Source of the DNA: an uncultured archaeon
GTDB lineage: Archaea; Asgardarchaeota; Lokiarchaeia; Sigyniarchaeales; Promethearchaeaceae
NCBI GenBank assembly: GCA_964426185.1
Contig: CAYRPF010000027.1
Location: 14,250 to 36,183 of the forward strand
Length of the DNA: 21,934 bases
Direction: 5' to 3'
Shown: piece after piece, positions 17,663 through 21,934 of the stretch
How positions within the stretch are numbered: the stretch's first letter is position 1
Layout of the letters: each line of letters begins with the position of its first letter
Made by a program: the position numbers and the translations under genes
Notes under the pieces: generated by a model
Seen by the model: only the letters and a program-made list of their open reading frames with translations
Databases searched by the model: none
What the model was told of the DNA's origin: nothing

Positions 17663-18345
17663 TTTATTTGGAAATCTCCTGTGCTATCTGGTGATTTAGA
17701 TTGGGGAGAATCATCGGTTTCATTACTGGGTTTTGCATTTAATTTTTCGAGTAATAATGATTGGATACGTTGAATTTGAGCAATTACAACATTCCGAACA
17801 GTGAAAACATTAGAAATACCCTCAATTGAATAAATTCCCATTCGGACTGATCCCATTTCAACTCCAGCAGTTACAGGCATTAGATTGCCATAATTAAAGA
17901 TGCGCCCGAATAAGGGCTGATGCAATACCAAATCGGTAATTCGCTTAAATTCTATCTCACGATATAAAATTCCGAGAAATTTACGAATCAAGATGATTCG
18001 ATGGTCGGTGATGATGAAAATATGTCCTTTCACAAAATAAATTCCCACTATCATGGATATACCAAAATAAACAGCCCACACTATCAAAATCCAATTTGCA
18101 ATCGTTACAAATAACCCAGATGTTTGATTCCATTTGCTGAAAATCAGAAAGCGGAGAAGAGTATATATCAATAAAAAAATAGCCCCTCGAACAAATCGGG
18201 GAATGTAGTATGATAAATAATTTCGTTGTAATACATTAATTATGGTTTCTTGCTTATCCAATTCGTAGTATTTCTGACTTATTAATAACAATTCTTGTTG
18301 TAAAGGTGAAAATTTCTTTTGTTCTGGCAGAGAATTATTTTCCAT
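17659..18345 (-). CDS. Membrane protein with one bPH_2 domain, YdbS-like
   Basis: 2TM + FIITDHRIILIRKFLGILYREIEFKRITDLVLHQPLFGRIFNYGNLMPVTAG; ATGA overlap with the downstream gene; ATG 18345 (or TTG 18354). Confidence 0.85.
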   Translation of the reverse strand: MENNSLPEQKKFSPLQQELLLISQKYYELDKQETIINVLQRNYLSYYIPRFVRGAIFLLIYTLLRFLIFSKWNQTSGLFVTIANWILIVWAVYFGISMIVGIYFVKGHIFIITDHRIILIRKFLGILYREIEFKRITDLVLHQPLFGRIFNYGNLMPVTAGVEMGSVRMGIYSIEGISNVFTVRNVVIAQIQRIQSLLLEKLNAKPSNETDDSPQSKSPDSTGDFQIK

Positions 18346-18449
18346 AAGTTTCAACTCATTTGTTATTATTTTCTTTAATCTGTTAAATATGAAGACGTTG
18401 AAGAAAAAACATAAAAAATGTGAATTTTGTCCCTATATAAAAACATAAA

Positions 18450-18908
18450 TCAAGATTTACGCCGTTCTGCTTCAACCACGGAAAGATTTAAACCCCTGGG
18501 ACAATCTTTAATTTTTTTATCAATTTTCAAAATTTTAATTTTTTCCCCTGCTTTTATTACCAGACTTTGCGGTGCACATTTATCAATAAAGGGGCATTCA
18601 TCGTGATTACATCCAATTGGTGTAAAATTTGTTAGTGATCCTTCATAAATATCTTTAGTATACATAGAAATATACAGTTTAGGTTCATCCAGTTCAACTA
18701 AAACCATCTCTTCCGTGTGAAAATTATGAGGACACTTAAATTGTTTAGGCTTTACATCCACAACTTCATACAGAGTGTGGGGTTTTAGATTGGCTTGACA
18801 GGTAGAATAAAGGCTACAATTAGAAGGACAACTCTCATGTTTTTCTTCAAAGTAAAATATTAATCCTTTCTTCGCAAAGGATTTCCCCACAAATGTCATC
18901 ACTGTCAT
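18450..18908 (-). CDS. UPF0179 family archaeal protein
   Basis: TFVGKSFAKKGLIFYF, CPSNCSLYSTCQANL, YEVVDVK...CP, C-x4-CP-x4-C, KIKILKI...DCPRG pattern. Confidence 0.85.
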   Translation of the reverse strand: MTVMTFVGKSFAKKGLIFYFEEKHESCPSNCSLYSTCQANLKPHTLYEVVDVKPKQFKCPHNFHTEEMVLVELDEPKLYISMYTKDIYEGSLTNFTPIGCNHDECPFIDKCAPQSLVIKAGEKIKILKIDKKIKDCPRGLNLSVVEAERRKS

Positions 18909-18959
18909 AGTTTATGAATCCTATTGATAGTATAAATAATTGTGATTCTTCAAACTTTG

Positions 18960-18974
18960 CCTTTGAATCAAAGG
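18960..18974. promoter_or_regulatory. Palindrome CCTTTGA-A-TCAAAGG between the divergent UPF0179 and psmB genes (candidate operator)
   Basis: Perfect 7-1-7 inverted repeat read directly from the sequence. Confidence 0.4.
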
Positions 18975-19052
18975 AAGAAAATTTTTACAGTGAGAATTCT
19001 TAATGAAGATAGAATAAAAATACTTTACTTTAACTGAAAGGAAGTTCTTGAC

Positions 19053-19784
19053 ATGCCCCCCTTACCGACACAAAATAATATTAAGACTCAAATTTTAGAA
19101 ATTTCACCGAATTCTGACTATGATTTTCAAGTGCAAGAAAAATCCATTGAAAATAAATTAAAAACGGGCACAACCACTGTGGGTTTGATTATTAAAGATG
19201 GAGTTGTGTTAGCTACTGATAATCGTGCTACTATGGGAATCTTCGTAGCAAGTAAGCAAGCGAAAAAGCTTCATGAGATCCAACCTCATATATACATGAC
19301 AATAGCAGGTGGAGTTGCCGATGCCATATATTTAATTGATTTGCTTAAAGCAGAGACAGAAATTTATCGATTAAGAAATAAAAAAGATATCTCAGTAAGC
19401 GCAGCCGCGAAATTACTTCAAAATATCTTGTATAATAAAAAAGGTTTCTATCAAGTTGGTCACATTCTTGGGGGTGTTTCTCCCAATGAAGGACCCAAAA
19501 TCTATAATATCGAAGGTTATGGATCCAAATTGGATGAACATTATACTTCGGTGGGTTCTGGAAGTGTGTTTGCATTAGGTGTCTTGGAAACTGAATGGAA
19601 AGAAAATCTCACCGTTGATCAAGGAATTCATTTAGCGGTAAAAGCGGTTAGAAGTGCAATCATTCGAGATATTGCTTCTGGAAATGGAATAGATGTGGTA
19701 GTTATTCAAAAAGATCAACCGGTTATAGAAAAGCACTATGAAGTTTCCGATAAATCATTAATTTCCAACAATTTCAAACCATAA
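19053..19784 (+). CDS. psmB: 20S proteasome beta subunit
   Basis: KTG|TTTVG autoprocessing site, GVVLATDNRAT, KKL (Lys33), IAGGVADA, SVGSGS, RDIASG. Confidence 0.97.
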   Translation: MPPLPTQNNIKTQILEISPNSDYDFQVQEKSIENKLKTGTTTVGLIIKDGVVLATDNRATMGIFVASKQAKKLHEIQPHIYMTIAGGVADAIYLIDLLKAETEIYRLRNKKDISVSAAAKLLQNILYNKKGFYQVGHILGGVSPNEGPKIYNIEGYGSKLDEHYTSVGSGSVFALGVLETEWKENLTVDQGIHLAVKAVRSAIIRDIASGNGIDVVVIQKDQPVIEKHYEVSDKSLISNNFKP

Positions 19785-19877
19785 AACAATTTTTAATTTT
19801 TTCTTTCTCTCACGAATTTTATCAATACGGGACGAACAAGCATTTTTTGGCCGATTCTTATCCTTTGGAGGAATTCA

Positions 19878-20618
19878 ATGGCATATCGCATTTTAATGGA
19901 CTTATCACACTACGAACGAATTCACTCATTACCAGATAAACTTTTTTTAGATAAAGATTACCTCTTTTCTTTCATCAATTTTGGAGATCAGATTCCCTCT
20001 GTTGATAAATTACAAAAATACGATTTACTTCTAATTGGAGATCCAAAACCAAAATATTTCAACGAAATTCTATGGAACAAGGAAGAACTTAGGAATATTA
20101 AACAATATGTTCGTCGAGGGGGAAAAATGCTGATAACATCCAGCAATCGTGGTGATTTTAATCTATCTCCCATGTTAGGTGGTCTTCGTATCTTTCAAAA
20201 ATTGACAGGGGTGGCATTATTCCCCAATTTTTTAACCTTCTCTCTTTCTCCAAGGGATTATTTTGGCAAAAAAAGCATTCTACATTTACATTTAAGTTCA
20301 CAATCGCTTCCATTTGGTGATTTTACTCCTAATGACTATCTTGCTTGGGGAAAAAGCACAATTTTGGTTTTGCATGAAGAATATCCTGCAAAAATTCTAC
20401 TTACTTCGCCAGAATCCACCCAAATTCATGATTACGTTACTAAAAAAAAGAAATATACCAGCAGACAACCATTATTGGTGTTTCGACAGTATCATGAGGG
20501 TTTAGTAGTTACTTCAGCGAGCTCATGCTTCTTTCTACAAAATTCACAATACGGGATTGAAGTTGAAGCAAATGGTAAATTTTTCCTGGAATTAATCAAT
20601 TGGATATTATCATTTTAA
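19878..20618 (+). CDS. Class I glutamine amidotransferase-like fold protein (GIFT/GldG/IFT52- or DUF4350-like), cytoplasmic
   Basis: ILMDLSHYE, LQKYDLLLIGDP, EELRNIKQYVRRGGKMLITS, YHEGLVVTSASSCFF, NGKFFLELINWI; GAGG RBS upstream; no signal peptide. Confidence 0.7.
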   Translation: MAYRILMDLSHYERIHSLPDKLFLDKDYLFSFINFGDQIPSVDKLQKYDLLLIGDPKPKYFNEILWNKEELRNIKQYVRRGGKMLITSSNRGDFNLSPMLGGLRIFQKLTGVALFPNFLTFSLSPRDYFGKKSILHLHLSSQSLPFGDFTPNDYLAWGKSTILVLHEEYPAKILLTSPESTQIHDYVTKKKKYTSRQPLLVFRQYHEGLVVTSASSCFFLQNSQYGIEVEANGKFFLELINWILSF

Positions 20619-20673
20619 CATTTTGGCTATCATTATGGAAAAGAAAGGAAAAAACCCGCTAAGTTAAATTTTC

Positions 20674-21934
20674 TTATACATTTAAACTTGCTTCCAATTG
20701 GGTATGAATTTGCTGTAGATCAGCATCCAGAGCATCTGCATCATCATCCAAGAGCATAGCTTCCTCATCGGTATATGGATCTTGCTCCAATCGTTTTACC
20801 CAATTATAAATTTTCTGGCAGTTTTCATCACATTCATTGGAAATTCTAGTCAAACGGGAATATGTATCTTCTAATTTTATTCGGGCACTGGATGCTTTAT
20901 AGCGAAGTAGGCATATATTGGAGACTTCCATTAAGTTTCGGGTGATAGCCATAACATCTAAGGTCTTGGACCGCTCTTCACTTTTAATCTTGCGCATTAA
21001 ATTAACTTCCACAAAAAGTAATTCGATCATTTTTGCCAATAAGCCTGTAAGTTGTCCTGCTTCATTACACCAAACTCGAAGTTCTAAAGTATTGGTTTTT
21101 CCATTCATGAAGACTCGAATAATTACGCGCCCCCCGGTAACTTTTGCTTCACTACTGAACCATGCTTCCGCTTCATAAATACCGCCTTCATCATTTTCGT
21201 AAGATGCGACATTGGTTACATCAAATTGGGCTACAGCTCGATGGGCAGCACTATAAGCCATAGCTGCCGGTAAATCAGCAATTAGAAAAGCCCTAGCATC
21301 ACTTGGTAAAGATTGAATTGCCTTTTGACAATCTTCAATTGTATCTAAACTTCGAATTAATAGAGGGCATTTTATCTGGACGTCTTTTGGTTTTATGAAT
21401 ATTGTATGGAATTTTCCTAATGCATCCTTATAAATTACGGTCCCACCAATGGTTGAAATACCACATTCTGCGGGTTCCAAATAGAAATCAACTCCATGGG
21501 AATTTCCAGGATCAATTACGTTAATAGTGATAAGTTCTTGGGCACGACGGTAAGAACTAGGAACATCTAAGATAACTTTAATATCATGAATAGCCATATT
21601 TGTTTTATTGCGGACTACTACCTTAAAATGCAACTGTCCTCCAATGAAATCATACTGTCGAACCACTTCCACTTCGCCAATGGGGTGTGCTACGGTTTCC
21701 GTATTACTTGTTCCAATTTTCCCGCCTTGTGCACTAGATGAAGCTGATTGGTAAGAGACGTGGGAACTAAAAGAGGTAACTGGTTGTTTACCATCTGCTA
21801 TAAATAAACGTTGGGTCATATCAATATATCCATTAATAGAGCCCTTAGAAATTAAAGTAGCCAAACCTTCTTCCACGCGTTGTTCAGTAATAGCCAATTT
21901 TAGGGCTAAATCTCTGATAGAAATTTTACGATAG
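20674..21934 (-). CDS. PCI/winged-helix + Ig-like sandwich + alpha/beta platform + helical C-terminal protein (5' end outside the window)
   Basis: The frame is open to the window edge: YRKISIRDLALKLAITEQRVEEGLATLISKGSINGYIDMTQRLF matches the PCI winged-helix consensus. It is followed by an S/G-rich linker, a beta-sandwich pattern (FKVVVRNKT..I.DIKVIL...IDPGNS...F.LEP..CG...IGGTVIYKD), an alpha/beta region and helices. The track's TTG 21897 is not the true start. Confidence 0.85.
   Translation of the reverse strand, partial: YRKISIRDLALKLAITEQRVEEGLATLISKGSINGYIDMTQRLFIADGKQPVTSFSSHVSYQSASSSAQGGKIGTSNTETVAHPIGEVEVVRQYDFIGGQLHFKVVVRNKTNMAIHDIKVILDVPSSYRRAQELITINVIDPGNSHGVDFYLEPAECGISTIGGTVIYKDALGKFHTIFIKPKDVQIKCPLLIRSLDTIEDCQKAIQSLPSDARAFLIADLPAAMAYSAAHRAVAQFDVTNVASYENDEGGIYEAEAWFSSEAKVTGGRVIIRVFMNGKTNTLELRVWCNEAGQLTGLLAKMIELLFVEVNLMRKIKSEERSKTLDVMAITRNLMEVSNICLLRYKASSARIKLEDTYSRLTRISNECDENCQKIYNWVKRLEQDPYTDEEAMLLDDDADALDADLQQIHTQLEASLNV

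Noticed and set aside
684-21178. Many 60-104 aa ORFs nested in or antisense to the long genes (e.g. 684-938, 987-1217, 1854-2066, 2428-2625, 13128-13836, 16034-16348, 20918-21178)
   Set aside because: Shadow ORFs fully overlapping well-supported genes, with no motifs.
1-21934. CRISPR arrays, IS elements/integrases, tRNA or rRNA genes
   Set aside because: No spaced direct repeats, transposase or integrase motifs, or GC-rich structured RNA segments were seen; intergenic gaps are short and AT-rich.

Overview
AT-rich archaeal chromosomal segment. It most likely comes from an Asgard (Lokiarchaeia/Promethearchaeota-like) genome, inferred from a eukaryote-type STT3/AglB, a PCI-domain protein, a Tat-less reductive dehalogenase, proteasome beta, UPF0179, GGTGAT ribosome-binding sites and oligo-T terminators. 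About 18 genes are supported: a partial NYN nuclease (not in the ORF track); an SLC45/MalA-like MFS transporter with a duplicated EF-hand-like tail; a small acidic protein; GH57; rubrerythrin; a 1350-aa AglB with about five extra Ig-like domains; GH116; a Cys-rich membrane/zinc-ribbon protein; a DUF2085-like protein; a long-type FKBP with a His-rich tail; an RdhA-like enzyme plus a D-2-hydroxyacid dehydrogenase; a YdbS/YdbT-like bPH pair; UPF0179; psmB; a GIFT/GATase-like protein; and a partial PCI + adaptin-ear/BBSome-like protein. I saw no mobile elements, CRISPR arrays, rRNA or tRNA. The best leads are the PCI-GAE-platform protein next to a GIFT-like gene and psmB, the extended eukaryote-like AglB next to GH116, the rdhA-2HADH unit with an upstream palindrome, and the MFS repeat tail. 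All family calls are by eye from motifs; no searches were run.
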